This document shows positions 39,754 through 50,449 of a DNA stretch of 64,000 nt, in pieces. The notes beneath the pieces are model-generated. The model was not told the DNA's origin and did not search any database. It saw nothing but the letters and a program-made list of their open reading frames with translations. Source of the stretch: an uncultured Anaerolineaceae bacterium. Its GTDB lineage: Bacteria; Chloroflexota; Limnocylindria; Limnocylindrales; CSP1-4. The stretch covers positions 7,469-71,468 of the forward strand of contig CAYRTS010000008.1 in the NCBI GenBank assembly GCA_964427285.1, read 5' to 3'. The translations under genes and the position numbers were made by a program. Numbering within the stretch: the stretch's first letter is position 1; each line of letters begins with the position of its first letter.

Positions 39754-39918
39754 ATGGGCTCCCGAGATCGACCGGGCAAGGAGACCAAGAAGAAGCCCAA
39801 GGCAAAGCTGGCGCAGCCCAGCCTGTCACCCATGGCGGATCCCCCACGGAACGTCGAGGTGATCCGCAAGCCGCGAAAGGAAAAGCCGGTCGTCTCGGAC
39901 GCCGGCGAGGAAGGCTGA
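39754..39918 (+). CDS. Small (54 aa) Lys-rich basic protein, function unknown
   Basis: Not in the ORF track (under 60 aa). ATG lies 7 nt after the SD GGAGG (39742-39746). G/C-dominated third positions. 9 Lys, unusual for this genome. Followed by the hairpin CCGCTC-cggg-GAGCGG. Confidence 0.4.
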   Translation: MGSRDRPGKETKKKPKAKLAQPSLSPMADPPRNVEVIRKPRKEKPVVSDAGEEG

Positions 39919-39992
39919 CTCATCGGCGGGACGCCATCGTCGTCCGCTCCGGGGAGCGGTCCACAGGATCGAGTGAGGAGCGTGACGGATAG

Positions 39993-41060
39993 ATGGCGAT
40001 GACCGAAGAGCGAACCGCGGAACGAACGGCAGAGCGAGCCCTCGCGGAACGAAGCAGGGCCGTGGATGCCGCCCTGGCCACGATCGAAAAGCAGTTCGGG
40101 CGCGGGGCGATCATGAAGCTCGGGTCCCGTGAGAAGCTGGTGCTGGACACGATCCCCACCGGCTCCATCGCGCTGGACCTGGCGCTCGGTGTCGGTGGCA
40201 TCCCGCGCGGCCGGATCACGGAGATCTTCGGGCCGGAATCGTCCGGCAAGACGACCGTCTGCCAGCACGTGCTTGCGGAGGCCCAGGCTCGTGGCGGTGT
40301 CGTCGCGTTCATCGATGTCGAACACGCACTGGACCCCGGCTACGCGAGAGCCTGCGGCGTCAACGTCGACGAGCTGCTGGTCAGCCAGCCGGATACCGGC
40401 GAGCAGGCACTGGAGATCACCGAGACGTTGATTCGCTCCGGCGGGATCGATTGCGTCGTGGTGGACTCGGTGGCCGCGCTCGTGCCGCGCGCCGAGATCG
40501 AGGGCGAGATGGGCGACAGCTTCATGGGCGTCCAGGCCCGGCTCATGAGTCAGGCGCTCAGGAAGCTGACGGGCGCCGTTTCGCGCTCCAATACCGCCCT
40601 GATCTTCACCAACCAGTTGCGCGAGAAGATCGGCGTCATGTTCGGCAACCCCGAGGTCACACCCGGCGGTCGGGCGATGAAGTTCTACGCCTCCGTGCGC
40701 CTGGACATTCGCCGCATCGAGACGATCAAGAACGGCACCGAGTCGGTGGGCAATCGGGTCAGGGTCAAGGTCGTGAAGAACAAGGTGGCCGCTCCATTCC
40801 GGGTCGCCGAGTTCGACATCATGTACGGCGAGGGCGTCTCCCGGGAGGGTGGCCTGCTCGACGTTGGCGTGGCCATGGACACCGTCACCAAGACGGGCGC
40901 CTGGTTCACCTTTGGTGAAACCCGCCTTGGCCAAGGCCGCGAACAGGCCAAGGAGTTCCTCAAGTCCAACCCACCGATCGCGGCCGAGATCGAGCGCCGC
41001 ATCCGGGCCAGGATCAACGACGTCACGATCCCGGTCGAGGGCATCGAAGAGGCCGAATGA
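39993..41060 (+). CDS. recA: Recombinase RecA
   Basis: GPESSGKTT Walker [10 protein letters not shown], and L1/L2 regions; 355 aa. Confidence 0.97.
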   Translation: MAMTEERTAERTAERALAERSRAVDAALATIEKQFGRGAIMKLGSREKLVLDTIPTGSIALDLALGVGGIPRGRITEIFGPESSGKTTVCQHVLAEAQARGGVVAFIDVEHALDPGYARACGVNVDELLVSQPDTGEQALEITETLIRSGGIDCVVVDSVAALVPRAEIEGEMGDSFMGVQARLMSQALRKLTGAVSRSNTALIFTNQLREKIGVMFGNPEVTPGGRAMKFYASVRLDIRRIETIKNGTESVGNRVRVKVVKNKVAAPFRVAEFDIMYGEGVSREGGLLDVGVAMDTVTKTGAWFTFGETRLGQGREQAKEFLKSNPPIAAEIERRIRARINDVTIPVEGIEEAE

Positions 41061-41644
41061 CCCGGGTCGCGCGCCGGCGCGAGTCCATCGCAGAGCGGCG
41101 CGAACGGCGGGCCGGCATCGACGATCCAGCGCTCGTCCTGGATGCAGCGGCGCGGTTCCTCGAGGCGCGATCACGCTCCATCGCGGAGGTTCGACGGCGC
41201 CTGACCGGTGCGGGTTACGTCGCCAACCTCGTGGATGGCGCGATCACGCGACTCCTCGAGCTCGGCATCCTCGACGACGAAGCCTTTGCCCGCGCCTGGG
41301 TCGAGTCACGCGACCGGGCGAGGCCGCGCGGGGAACGCGCGATCCGCTCGGAGCTGGGACTCAAAGGCGTGGACCGGGAAGTGATCGATTCCGTCGTCGG
41401 GGCGCGACGCGACCGTGCACCCGGTCTGGGCAGCGTGGGCCACAGCGTTTCCGCGGACCAGGCAGCCGCTGAGCACCTCCTGGCACGGACCATGCGCACG
41501 CTCTCCCGGATCGACGACCCGCGCCTGCGTCGCCAGCGGGCGTACGCGCTGCTGGCCCGCAACGGGTTCGATTCGGAGACCTGCCGCATGGTGGCGGCGA
41601 AGGTCGTGGACGGCTCTTCTAAGGAAACGGTCGAGGAGCCCTGA
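41057..41644 (+). CDS. recX: RecA regulator RecX
   Basis: 4-nt overlap with recA. Three-helix repeat pattern ([20 protein letters not shown]..., ..[10 protein letters not shown]...). Confidence 0.85.
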   Translation: MTRVARRRESIAERRERRAGIDDPALVLDAAARFLEARSRSIAEVRRRLTGAGYVANLVDGAITRLLELGILDDEAFARAWVESRDRARPRGERAIRSELGLKGVDREVIDSVVGARRDRAPGLGSVGHSVSADQAAAEHLLARTMRTLSRIDDPRLRRQRAYALLARNGFDSETCRMVAAKVVDGSSKETVEEP

Positions 41645-41681
41645 TCCGGGGGCGTGATCGGGGGCCGCATCCTGGGCATCT

Positions 41682-41703
41682 GACGGCACCGGCGTTTGCC
41701 GTC
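41682..41703 (+). terminator. Hairpin GACGGCA-ccggcgtt-TGCCGTC downstream of recX
   Basis: 7-bp perfect stem 38 nt after the recX stop. No clear U-tract. Confidence 0.25.
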
Positions 41704-41897
41704 CGCGTCGCGCGGTCGTAGGCTACGCCCCAGATAACCATGCGCCGGCCGACGGCGCCTGACCCAGCACCGGTTTCGACCCCGGTCCCGAAGGGGTGCC
41801 CGCCCACAATCGGCGAAGCGCCTCCCGCGACCCGTCGAGCCGTCCACCGCAGCATGACCGCCGGCCGGCTCGTTCGGACGGACGGGAGGAACGACCA

Positions 41898-43427
41898 ATG
41901 GAACTACTGCCCCTCGTGGCGGTGGCCCTCGGGGCTGCCGTCGGCGGAGCCGTACTTGGCGCGCTGATGCGCAGCTTCTGGGCCGCGCAGACGATCAAGG
42001 CGGCCAACGCCGAGGCCAGGCGGATCGAAGCGGAGGCCCGGGCTCGCCAGAAGGAACTGATCCTCGAAGCCAAGGACGAGAAGCTCCGCCTCCAGCGCGA
42101 GGCCGAGGACGAGGCCCGTGCCCGCCGCGGTGAACTGTCCGCCCTCGAAAGTCGACTCCTTCAGCGTGACGAGCAGCTGGACCAGCGCGGCGACATGCTC
42201 GAACAGCGAGACCGCAAGTTGGTTGAGCGCGAACGCGACCTCGACAAGACCCGCGACGAACTCGCCCGAGCCCACGGGGAGCAGGTGACCGCGCTGGAGC
42301 GGGTCGCCAACATGTCAGCCGACGATGCGAAGCGCGTGCTCATCGAGGCCGTCCGCGAGGAGGCCGAGCGCGACGCCGTCAAGCTCGCCCGCGCCATCGA
42401 GCGAAGTGCCCGCGAGGACGCCCAGGACAAGGCCCGCGACATCATCATCACCGCCATCCAGCGCGTCGCCGCGGATCACACCGCCGAACACACCGTGTCG
42501 GTCGTCCACCTGCCGTCGGACGAGATGAAGGGCCGGATCATCGGGCGCGAGGGCCGCAACATCCGGGCGCTGGAACAGGCCACCGGGATCGACCTGATCA
42601 TCGACGACACCCCAGAGACCGTCATCCTGTCCGGCTTCGACCCGGTCCGGCGCGAGATTGCCCGGATCGCCATCACCAAGCTGATCGCGGACGGCCGAAT
42701 CCACCCCGGCCGGATCGAGGAGGTGGTCGCCAAGGCTCGCGCCGAGGTTGACACGATCATGCGCCAGGCCGGCGAGCAGGCCGCCTACGACGCCGGTGTC
42801 CCGGGCCTCCCGGCGGACATCATCAAGACCATGGGCCGCCTCAAGTTCCGGACCAGCTACGGCCAGAACGTCCTCAACCACTGCATCGAGACGAGCCATC
42901 TGGCCGCCGTCATCGCCGCCGAGACCGGCGCCGACGTGGCGATCGCGAGGATGGGCGGCCTGCTCCATGACATCGGCAAGGCCGTCGACCACGAGGTGGA
43001 GGGGCCCCACGCAGCGATCGGCGCGGCGATCGCCCAGCGCCACAACCTGCACCCAAGCGTGGTGAACGCGATCGGCGCCCACCACCAGGAGATCGAGTAC
43101 ACCTGCCAGGAAGCACCGATCGTGCAGATCGCCGACGCCATCAGCGCCTCGCGCCCGGGCGCCCGCGGCGAGTCCATGGACACCTATGTCAAGCGGCTCG
43201 AAGACCTTCAGGCCATCGCCGAGAGCTTCACCGGCGTCGAACGGTCATTCGCCGTCCAGGCCGGCCGCGAGGTGCGGATCCTGGTTCGCCCCGAGGAGAT
43301 CGACGACCTGACCGCCAGCCGCCTCGCCCGCGACATCGTCAAGAAGATCGAGGAGCAGCTGACCTATCCCGGCCAGATCAAGGTCACGGTGATCCGCGAG
43401 ACGCGGGCCGTGGAGTACGCGAAGTAG
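41898..43427 (+). CDS. rny: Ribonuclease Y
   Basis: N-terminal TM helix, coiled-coil, KH domain ([15 protein letters not shown]), HD domain (LLHDIGKA). The ATG at 41898 lies 7 nt after the SD GGGAGGA. Confidence 0.9.
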   Translation: MELLPLVAVALGAAVGGAVLGALMRSFWAAQTIKAANAEARRIEAEARARQKELILEAKDEKLRLQREAEDEARARRGELSALESRLLQRDEQLDQRGDMLEQRDRKLVERERDLDKTRDELARAHGEQVTALERVANMSADDAKRVLIEAVREEAERDAVKLARAIERSAREDAQDKARDIIITAIQRVAADHTAEHTVSVVHLPSDEMKGRIIGREGRNIRALEQATGIDLIIDDTPETVILSGFDPVRREIARIAITKLIADGRIHPGRIEEVVAKARAEVDTIMRQAGEQAAYDAGVPGLPADIIKTMGRLKFRTSYGQNVLNHCIETSHLAAVIAAETGADVAIARMGGLLHDIGKAVDHEVEGPHAAIGAAIAQRHNLHPSVVNAIGAHHQEIEYTCQEAPIVQIADAISASRPGARGESMDTYVKRLEDLQAIAESFTGVERSFAVQAGREVRILVRPEEIDDLTASRLARDIVKKIEEQLTYPGQIKVTVIRETRAVEYAK

Positions 43428-43522
43428 CAACCTCCGGCGCGCTCAGCGGCGAACCGGCCGGTCGAACACGCCTGGGCAACACGCCCAACGGGAATGCGCC
43501 CCGCCCACACGGTGCCTGTCGC

Positions 43523-44308
43523 GTGCTGATGATCGGGGATCTGATCGGCAAGCCCGGACGGATCGCGCTCGAAACCCTGCTGCCTGACCTTCGTGATGAG
43601 CGCGGGATCGATTTCGTCACGGCCAACGGGGAGAACGTCGCCGGCGGGATGGGCCTGACCCCGGCCACCGCGGACTCGATCCTGGCGGCCGGCGTCGACG
43701 TCATCACGTCCGGCAACCACATCTGGGACAAACGCGAGATCTACCCCTACCTGGAGTCGAGTGAACGTGTCCTGCGGCCGCTGAACTACGGGACCCACGA
43801 GGTACCCGGGCGAGGGTGGGGGACCTTCCAGGCCCTCGACGGCACGGACATCGCGGTCATCAACCTCCAGGGCCGAACCTACATGCAGCCGATCGAGAAC
43901 CCGTTCACCGATGCCGATCGGCTGCTCGACGAGGCGTCCGAGCCGCTGCCACCGGTGCGCCTGGTCGACTTCCATTGCGAACTGACGTCGGAGAAGAACG
44001 CCCTCGGGATCTACCTCGATGGCCGAGTCAGCGCGGTCGTCGGTACCCACACCCATATCGTCACGGGTGACGAGCGGATCCTGCCCAACGGCACGGCCTA
44101 CCAGACGGACCTGGGCATGACCGGCCCGGTCTGGAGCGTCATCGGATTCGACCCAAAGACGGTCATCCCGCGCTTCCTCAACGCGCTCCCGACCCGCTTC
44201 GAGACCGGCAGTGGAACGGTCATCTTCAACGCCCTCCAGATCGACGTCGATCCCGCCACGGGCCGCGCGCTTGCCATCGAGCGGATCCAGCGGCTCATCG
44301 AGCCCTGA
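43523..44308 (+). CDS. YmdB-family metallophosphoesterase (2',3'-cyclic-nucleotide phosphodiesterase-like)
   Basis: MIGDLIGKPGR, ANGENVAGG, GNHIWD, DFHCE, GTHTH. Conserved rny-ymdB pairing. Confidence 0.85.
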   Translation: MLMIGDLIGKPGRIALETLLPDLRDERGIDFVTANGENVAGGMGLTPATADSILAAGVDVITSGNHIWDKREIYPYLESSERVLRPLNYGTHEVPGRGWGTFQALDGTDIAVINLQGRTYMQPIENPFTDADRLLDEASEPLPPVRLVDFHCELTSEKNALGIYLDGRVSAVVGTHTHIVTGDERILPNGTAYQTDLGMTGPVWSVIGFDPKTVIPRFLNALPTRFETGSGTVIFNALQIDVDPATGRALAIERIQRLIEP

Positions 44309-44309
44309 G

Positions 44310-45275
44310 GTGAGCCCGGAGCGCCCGCTGGCCGCGGCCGGGCCGACCGGCCTGGCGCGCGCTCCCCGGCGTCGTCACGATCCGACGCCGCTGGCCGACC
44401 CGATCGTCCCGCCCGGTCCGTCCACGGTCGACCTGCATACGCATTCGCGGCGCTCGGACGGCATCCTGGAGCCCGGCGCCCTGCTCGGCGCCGCCGCTGC
44501 GTGCGGTGTTACCACGTTCGCGCTGACCGATCACGACACGTTGGCCGGTTATCGCGAGGTGCTCGCCGCCGACGCGATCCCCATGGGAATGACCCTGCTG
44601 CCAGGGGTCGAGATCAATGCGCTGGTGACCCGGGACCTGGGGCTCTGGGAGGGCGAGCTGCACATCCTGGGCATCGGCATGGATCCGGCCGACGAGACCT
44701 TCGAGGCGACGCTCGCCGTTCAGCGCCAGCAGCGCCGGGTGCGCTTCGCAAGGACCGTCGACCGGCTGCGCGAGCTGGATCTTGGGATCGACGCGGAAGT
44801 GGCCGCGGTCCCGCTCGACGGTGACGACGCGCTCGGCCGTCCGACGATCGCCCGCGCCCTGGTCGGCGCCGGCCACGCGGCGAGCGTCGAGGACGCCTTC
44901 GCACGCCTGATCGGCCACGGTACCCCGGGCTATGTCCGGCGCGATGGCCTGGGGCCGGACGACGCGATCCGCGCGATCGTTGCGGCTGGAGGCCTCGCGA
45001 TCCTTGCGCACTTCCGGGAGGCCTCAACCCGGCTGTCGCTGCTGCGCGAACTCATCGAGGTCGGGCTGGGCGGGCTCGAGGTGCACTATCGGAGCTTCGA
45101 CGCCCCGACGACCGCCGCGGTCGGCGAGGTGGCGCGCGCGCTCGGTCTACTGCCGACCGGCGGCACGGACTACCACGGCGACCTGGGGTCATACGCGGCA
45201 GCTCACGCCGCGTCGTGGGTGCCGCCCGAGATCGGCCAGATGCTCCTGGATCGCCTCGGCCGCCGCTGGCCCTAG
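44310..45275 (+). CDS. PHP-domain metal-dependent phosphoesterase (TrpH/YciV-like)
   Basis: VDLHTHSRRSDG, ALTDHDT, ..AHF... GTDYHG. A GTG at 44310 lies directly after the upstream stop. Confidence 0.75.
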   Translation: MSPERPLAAAGPTGLARAPRRRHDPTPLADPIVPPGPSTVDLHTHSRRSDGILEPGALLGAAAACGVTTFALTDHDTLAGYREVLAADAIPMGMTLLPGVEINALVTRDLGLWEGELHILGIGMDPADETFEATLAVQRQQRRVRFARTVDRLRELDLGIDAEVAAVPLDGDDALGRPTIARALVGAGHAASVEDAFARLIGHGTPGYVRRDGLGPDDAIRAIVAAGGLAILAHFREASTRLSLLRELIEVGLGGLEVHYRSFDAPTTAAVGEVARALGLLPTGGTDYHGDLGSYAAAHAASWVPPEIGQMLLDRLGRRWP

Positions 45276-46045
45276 CGAGCGGCCGCCGGCTCGGCCTCCT
45301 CCTTGACGAAGGTCGGACGCAGCTCGATCGGTGGCTGCCGGCGTCGGCGAGCCCGCAGGTTGAGGGCCTCGACGAACACGCTGAACCCCATGGCCGCGTA
45401 GATGAACGACTTGTCAATGTGCAGACCGAAGCCGTCCGCGACGAGCGTGACGCCAATCAGCAACAGGAAGGACAGGGCGAGCATCTTGACCGTCGGATGC
45501 GCATGGACAAAGCGGGCAAGCGGTCCGGACGCCATGAGCATCACCCCGACCGCGATCACCACCGCAGCGATCATGATCGCGACTTCGTCCACGAGCCCGA
45601 CGGCGGTCAGCACCGAATCCAGCGAGAAGACGATATCGAGCAGCACGATCTGGGCAAGGACGGCGCCCATCGAAGCCGTCGCGAGGCCCACCCCGGCGGC
45701 GTGCGCGGCTTCACCTTCCAGTGACTCATGGATCTCGGTCGTCGCCTTCCAGAGGAGGAACAGGCCGCCGCCGATGAGGATGAGGTCCCGCCACGAAAAG
45801 TCATGATCGAGGAGGCGAACTGCCGGTGCCGTCAGCCCGATGATCCAGGAGATCGCGAGAAGCAGCAGGATGCGCATGCCCATGGCCAGAGCCAGACCGA
45901 TGCGCCGAGCGCGATCCTGGTCCGCGGCGGGCAGGCGCTGCACCAGGATCGAGATGAAGATGACGTTGTCGATGCCGAGGACGATCTCCAGTATGGTCAG
46001 GGTAAGCAGAGCGACCCACGTCTCGGGGTTGGTCAGGAGTTCCAC
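45272..46045 (-). CDS. TerC-family integral membrane protein
   Basis: LEIVLGIDNVIFISIL and a second LDIVFSLDSVLTAVG repeat. GTG at 46045 is preferred, because the ORF-track start at 46162 would overlap miaB by ~100 nt. Confidence 0.8.
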   Translation of the reverse strand: MELLTNPETWVALLTLTILEIVLGIDNVIFISILVQRLPAADQDRARRIGLALAMGMRILLLLAISWIIGLTAPAVRLLDHDFSWRDLILIGGGLFLLWKATTEIHESLEGEAAHAAGVGLATASMGAVLAQIVLLDIVFSLDSVLTAVGLVDEVAIMIAAVVIAVGVMLMASGPLARFVHAHPTVKMLALSFLLLIGVTLVADGFGLHIDKSFIYAAMGFSVFVEALNLRARRRRQPPIELRPTFVKEEAEPAAAR

Positions 46046-46065
46046 GGTCGCATGGTAATCGGAAG

Positions 46066-47772
46066 ATGGGCTTTTCCACGTACCATGGCCGCGCAGTGAC
46101 CGAGATCGCCCCACCCAGACGCGCCCTACCCGTCCTCGACCGGGCCCCGTCGAGTCCGACACGACCGGTCCGGGCGCCCGAGAGGCTCGCCGACGACCGG
46201 CTCGCGGAGTACCTGCCCGAGACCCTGGCCCTCCCGCGCTTTCACCTCTGGACGCTGGGCTGCCAGATGAACAGGAGCGACTCCGAGGAGATGGCCGGCC
46301 GGCTCCTGGCTGCGGGCTGCGAGGAGGCGTCCAGCCTCGACGCGGCGGACCTCGTGGTCATCAACACCTGTGCCATCCGCGAGGCTGCGGAGCAGAAGGT
46401 GATCGGTCGACAAGGGCAGCTGGCCCGGCTCAAGGCCGCCAAACCGGGACTCCGGGTGGTCCTCACCGGCTGTTCGGTCCGTGAACCGGATCGGGCCGGT
46501 CTCCGGCGGCGTTATCCGGCCGTGGACCTGTTCCTGCGGCCAGACGAGGAACCCGAGCTGATCGACCGACTCGGGCTCGCCTCGGCGCAGGGACGGATCG
46601 GCTCGGCACAAGCGTGGACCGGCGCGACGGGCGCGACCGGGGCGACCGGGGCGACGACCACCGTCGGGCGCACCGTCGTCGGCGCGGCCGACCACCTGGC
46701 CGGGTCGCGCGCCCAGGCCCTCGAGAGCGGGGCCATCGCCCGCGGGTCGTCGATTTCGGCCTGGCTCCCGATCATCTACGGCTGTGACAAGACCTGCACG
46801 TACTGCATCGTGCCGTTCAGCCGTGGCCCGGAGCGCAGCCGACCGTTCGACGACATCCTCGACGAAGCGCGGACGCTCGCTGCCAGCGGCTACCAGGAGA
46901 TCACCCTGCTGGGCCAGAACGTCAACTCCTACGGCCACGACCTCGCGCCGGAGCCACGATTCGACCATGTCTCCGAAGCTCGCTGGGCGGGTCACCAGCT
47001 CGAGCGTGCCGGCCGCCCTGACCTCGCCGAGCTGATCCGCGCCATTGACGCACTTCGAGCCCCTGACGGTCGGCCCGCGCTCGGGCGGTTGCGCTTCGTG
47101 ACGTCGCATCCGTGGGACCTGTCCGATCGCTTGATCGCGGCGCTAACCGACTGCGAATCCGTCTGCGAACACCTCCACCTGCCGGTCCAGTCCGGCTCCG
47201 ACGCCGTGTTGCGGCGCATGGGCCGCCAGTACACCGTGGAGCACTACCGCGAGCGACTGACCCGGATCCGCGCATCGGTCCCGGAGATCGCCATCTCGAC
47301 GGACGTCATCGTGGGCTTCTGCGGCGAGACAGAGGCGCAGTTCGAGGAGACCCTGGCACTGCTCGAAGCCGTCCGCTACGACCAGGTCTTCGCGGCGGCC
47401 TACTCACCACGCCCCGGGACACCGGCCATGCGCCTCGCCGACGACGTACCCGCGGCCGACAAACGACGCCGGCTCAACACGCTCCTCGCGATCCAGGAGC
47501 GGATCGGGCACCAGCGCAATCAGGCCTGGCTCGGTCGGGAGGTGGCGGTCCTGGTCGATGCGGTCAACGCGCCGCGCGCGCATGGGCACGACGAGTTTGA
47601 CCCGGGATCGCCCCAGACCGGTCGCGGCGAGCACGCGTCCCTGTCCGGGCGCACCCGGACCAACAAGCTGGTGCATCTCTCCGGTCCGCTCGGACTCATC
47701 GGGCAAACGGTCGCGATCCAGATTGACCACGCCGGTCCCTATGCCCTGCGAGGCGCCCTCGTCGGTGGTTGA
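46066..47772 (+). CDS. miaB: tRNA-i6A37 methylthiotransferase MiaB
   Basis: N-terminal TLGCQMN cluster, radical-SAM CDKTCTYCIVP, TRAM domain. Unusually long N-terminus and an inserted (GAT)4 segment. Confidence 0.9.
   Translation: MGFSTYHGRAVTEIAPPRRALPVLDRAPSSPTRPVRAPERLADDRLAEYLPETLALPRFHLWTLGCQMNRSDSEEMAGRLLAAGCEEASSLDAADLVVINTCAIREAAEQKVIGRQGQLARLKAAKPGLRVVLTGCSVREPDRAGLRRRYPAVDLFLRPDEEPELIDRLGLASAQGRIGSAQAWTGATGATGATGATTTVGRTVVGAADHLAGSRAQALESGAIARGSSISAWLPIIYGCDKTCTYCIVPFSRGPERSRPFDDILDEARTLAASGYQEITLLGQNVNSYGHDLAPEPRFDHVSEARWAGHQLERAGRPDLAELIRAIDALRAPDGRPALGRLRFVTSHPWDLSDRLIAALTDCESVCEHLHLPVQSGSDAVLRRMGRQYTVEHYRERLTRIRASVPEIAISTDVIVGFCGETEAQFEETLALLEAVRYDQVFAAAYSPRPGTPAMRLADDVPAADKRRRLNTLLAIQERIGHQRNQAWLGREVAVLVDAVNAPRAHGHDEFDPGSPQTGRGEHASLSGRTRTNKLVHLSGPLGLIGQTVAIQIDHAGPYALRGALVGG
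46621..46656 (+). repeat. 9-bp tandem repeat x4 (ggcgcgacc-like) encoding GATGATGATGAT within MiaB
   Basis: ggcgcgacg ggcgcgacc ggggcgacc ggggcgacg, read directly from the sequence. Confidence 0.8.
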
Positions 47773-48778
47773 CCGGCTCGTCAATGGCTCGGTGCGTGCC
47801 CGCCCCGGGACCGGCTCGACCGAGCATCCGGAGGCACCGCCCCTGATCGTGGTCGCCGGGGCCACCGCGACAGGAAAGACGGAGCTGGCGATCCGGCTAG
47901 CCGAGGCGATCGAACGCGCGGGCCGGCCCACTGCCGTGATCTCCGCCGATTCCCGCCAGGTCTTCCGGGGCCTGGACATCGGAACGGCCAAGGCCAGCCC
48001 GGCCGAGCAGGCCCGCGTCACCCACCACGGCATCGATCTGGTGGAACCCGACAAGCCGTTCAGCGTCGCCGACTTTGTGTTCCACGCCCGCGGCATCCTG
48101 GCCGACATGGCGACGCGGAGTGGCGTCGTGATCCTGGCCGGTGGAACCGGGCTCTACCTGCGAGCCGTCGGGCGCGGACTGGACACCGCCGCCCTGCCCA
48201 GTGATCCCGACGTTCGTGCCCGGCTCGAAGCGGAACTCATTGCCGGAGGTCTGCCGCCGCTGGTCGAACGCCTGCAACGGCTCGCGCCGACGCTGGCCGC
48301 CAGGGTCGACCTGCGCAATCCGCGCCGGGTGGTCAGGGCGCTCGAAATGGCCACCCTGCGTGGTGACGTCGTACCCGCCGAACCGCGCGGCTACCCGGGT
48401 CCCATCGCCTGGATCGGCCTGACCGTGGAGCCAGGTCCGCACGCGGCCCGGATCGAACGGCGGGCACGCGCCCAGTTCGAGGCCGGCCTGATCGAGGAGG
48501 CGCGAGCCCTGCGCGAGCGGTTCGATCCGGCGTTGCCGGCCTTCTCGGCGATCGGCTACCGGGAAGCGTGGGCCGTCATCGATGGCGAACTCAGCCGCGA
48601 GCAGGCGATCGCGCTCGACGCCCGGCGCAATGTCGCCTTCACGAAACGCCAGCGCACCTGGTTCCGTGCGGAACCCGGGATCACGTGGCTCGACGCGACC
48701 TCCGATCTGCCGTTCGCGGCCGCCATCAAGCTGGCGCGCGAGACCATCGAAGCTGGCGACCGCCGCCGAGATCCCTGA
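47765..48778 (+). CDS. miaA: tRNA dimethylallyltransferase
   Basis: P-loop [26 protein letters not shown]. The GTG at 47765 overlaps the miaB stop. Confidence 0.9.
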   Translation: MVDRLVNGSVRARPGTGSTEHPEAPPLIVVAGATATGKTELAIRLAEAIERAGRPTAVISADSRQVFRGLDIGTAKASPAEQARVTHHGIDLVEPDKPFSVADFVFHARGILADMATRSGVVILAGGTGLYLRAVGRGLDTAALPSDPDVRARLEAELIAGGLPPLVERLQRLAPTLAARVDLRNPRRVVRALEMATLRGDVVPAEPRGYPGPIAWIGLTVEPGPHAARIERRARAQFEAGLIEEARALRERFDPALPAFSAIGYREAWAVIDGELSREQAIALDARRNVAFTKRQRTWFRAEPGITWLDATSDLPFAAAIKLARETIEAGDRRRDP

Positions 48779-48888
48779 TCTGCACGGCCGAACCGCCGCG
48801 ATGGTGCACTCGGCTCGCACGGCAGGTCCTCTCATCGACTGACCAACGTCCCCGGGTCTTGCTGCCCGAGGGTCTACACTGCCTCGCC

Positions 48889-50208
48889 ATGCCCACCCAC
48901 TCGCTGATTGAGCTCGAGCACGTCCCGGAGAAGGCCTTTCTGGTCGCCGTGGATACCGGCGCCGATGCCGGCTGGTCCGCCGAGGATTCGCTGGCCGAGC
49001 TGGCCAACCTGGCTACCACCGCCGGAGCCGACGTCGTCGGTGCCGAGTGGCAGAACCGCCGCCATGTGGACCCCAACTGGTACGTCGGCAAGGGTAAGGC
49101 CGATGAGCTCGCCGCCGCCAAACGGGAAACCGGGTTTGACCTGCTTGTGGCCGACGACGAGCTGTCGCCCGCCCAGCAACGAGCGCTCGAGGAGCTGCTA
49201 AAGGTCAAGGTCATCGATCGCAGTCGACTGATCCTCGACATCTTTGCGCTCCACGCCCAGACCCACGAGGGCCGGCTCCAGGTGGAACTCGCCCAGCTGG
49301 AGTACCAGCTGCCCCGACTGACCCGCCTGTGGACCCACCTGTCCCGGACCGGCGGCGGGATCGGCACCCGCGGCCCCGGCGAATCGCAGCTCGAGACGGA
49401 CCGCAGGATCGTGCGCACCCGCATCGCGAAGATGAAGGAACGGGTGGATCAGGTCCGCCAGCAGCGCGCGACCGCCGCGCGCGGCCGGGATCGGCGGCTG
49501 TGGCCGACCGTCGGGATCGTCGGCTATACGAATGCCGGCAAGTCGACCCTGCTCAACGCCCTCGTCGGTAGCGAAGCCGCGAAGGCCGAGGACAAGCTCT
49601 TTGCCACGCTGGACCCGACCAGCCGCCAAGTCAAGCTCGGCGACGGCCAGACCGCGATCGTGACCGACACCGTTGGCTTCATCCACAAGTTGCCTCACCA
49701 GCTGGTGGAGGCCTTCCGCGCCACCCTCGACGAGGTCAACCGGGCCGATGTCCTGATCGAGGTCGTGGACGCCGCCGATCCACACTTCGCGGAGCATCGA
49801 ACGACCGTCCAGACCGTCCTGGACGAGCTTGGCGCGGGCGACAAGCCACGCCTCGTCGCGTTCAACAAGGCCGATCTGCTCGATCGGGCCGCGCGCAGTG
49901 GTGCCGCACCGGCACCGGCCATCGCAGGTTCGGTCTTCGTGTCGGCCCTGACTGGCTATGGCCTTGACACCCTGCGCGCCGAGATCGCGGCGCTGCTGGC
50001 CTCGCTGTGGGTCGATGTCGATGTTGCGCTGCCGTACACCGCCGGCGAATTGCTCGCACGAGTCCGCGAGCGCGGAACGATCGAACTCGAATACGGCGAG
50101 CGAGACGTGCGCATCCGCGGACGGGTGGCGCCGTCCCTCGCTGGCGAACTCGAAACCGTGGCCGGCCGCTGGGCCGAGACGGTTGGCGACCCGTCGGTCA
50201 GCGTGTGA
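48889..50208 (+). CDS. hflX: GTPase HflX
   Basis: HflX N-domain ([14 protein letters not shown]), G1 [26 protein letters not shown] at 48889. Confidence 0.9.
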   Translation: MPTHSLIELEHVPEKAFLVAVDTGADAGWSAEDSLAELANLATTAGADVVGAEWQNRRHVDPNWYVGKGKADELAAAKRETGFDLLVADDELSPAQQRALEELLKVKVIDRSRLILDIFALHAQTHEGRLQVELAQLEYQLPRLTRLWTHLSRTGGGIGTRGPGESQLETDRRIVRTRIAKMKERVDQVRQQRATAARGRDRRLWPTVGIVGYTNAGKSTLLNALVGSEAAKAEDKLFATLDPTSRQVKLGDGQTAIVTDTVGFIHKLPHQLVEAFRATLDEVNRADVLIEVVDAADPHFAEHRTTVQTVLDELGAGDKPRLVAFNKADLLDRAARSGAAPAPAIAGSVFVSALTGYGLDTLRAEIAALLASLWVDVDVALPYTAGELLARVRERGTIELEYGERDVRIRGRVAPSLAGELETVAGRWAETVGDPSVSV

Positions 50209-50449
50209 CGGGTCTTGTTTGGTGGACTGGGTGTGGACAACTTCGTCCTACGGGCAGAATCATTGCGAAAGTCGTTGATAACCCCGTATCCAAATGACGA
50301 CTCCGCCGGCTATCGTTGGCATTGCTCGAAGGGGCTCTGGACCGAAAGCGGCGTCGCGGATGCAAATCAGCGGCGGTGAGTACGGACCAGCGGTTCCTTC
50401 GGGCGTTTTGCTGTCCGGCGCGATCCCGGGGGCGTGGGATGATGCGGCG

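Noticed and set aside
46046-46065. yybP-ykoY (manganese) riboswitch upstream of the TerC-family gene.
   Set aside because: With the preferred starts, only 20 nt separate TerC from the divergent miaB. Even with the alternative start there is no non-coding room for the element.
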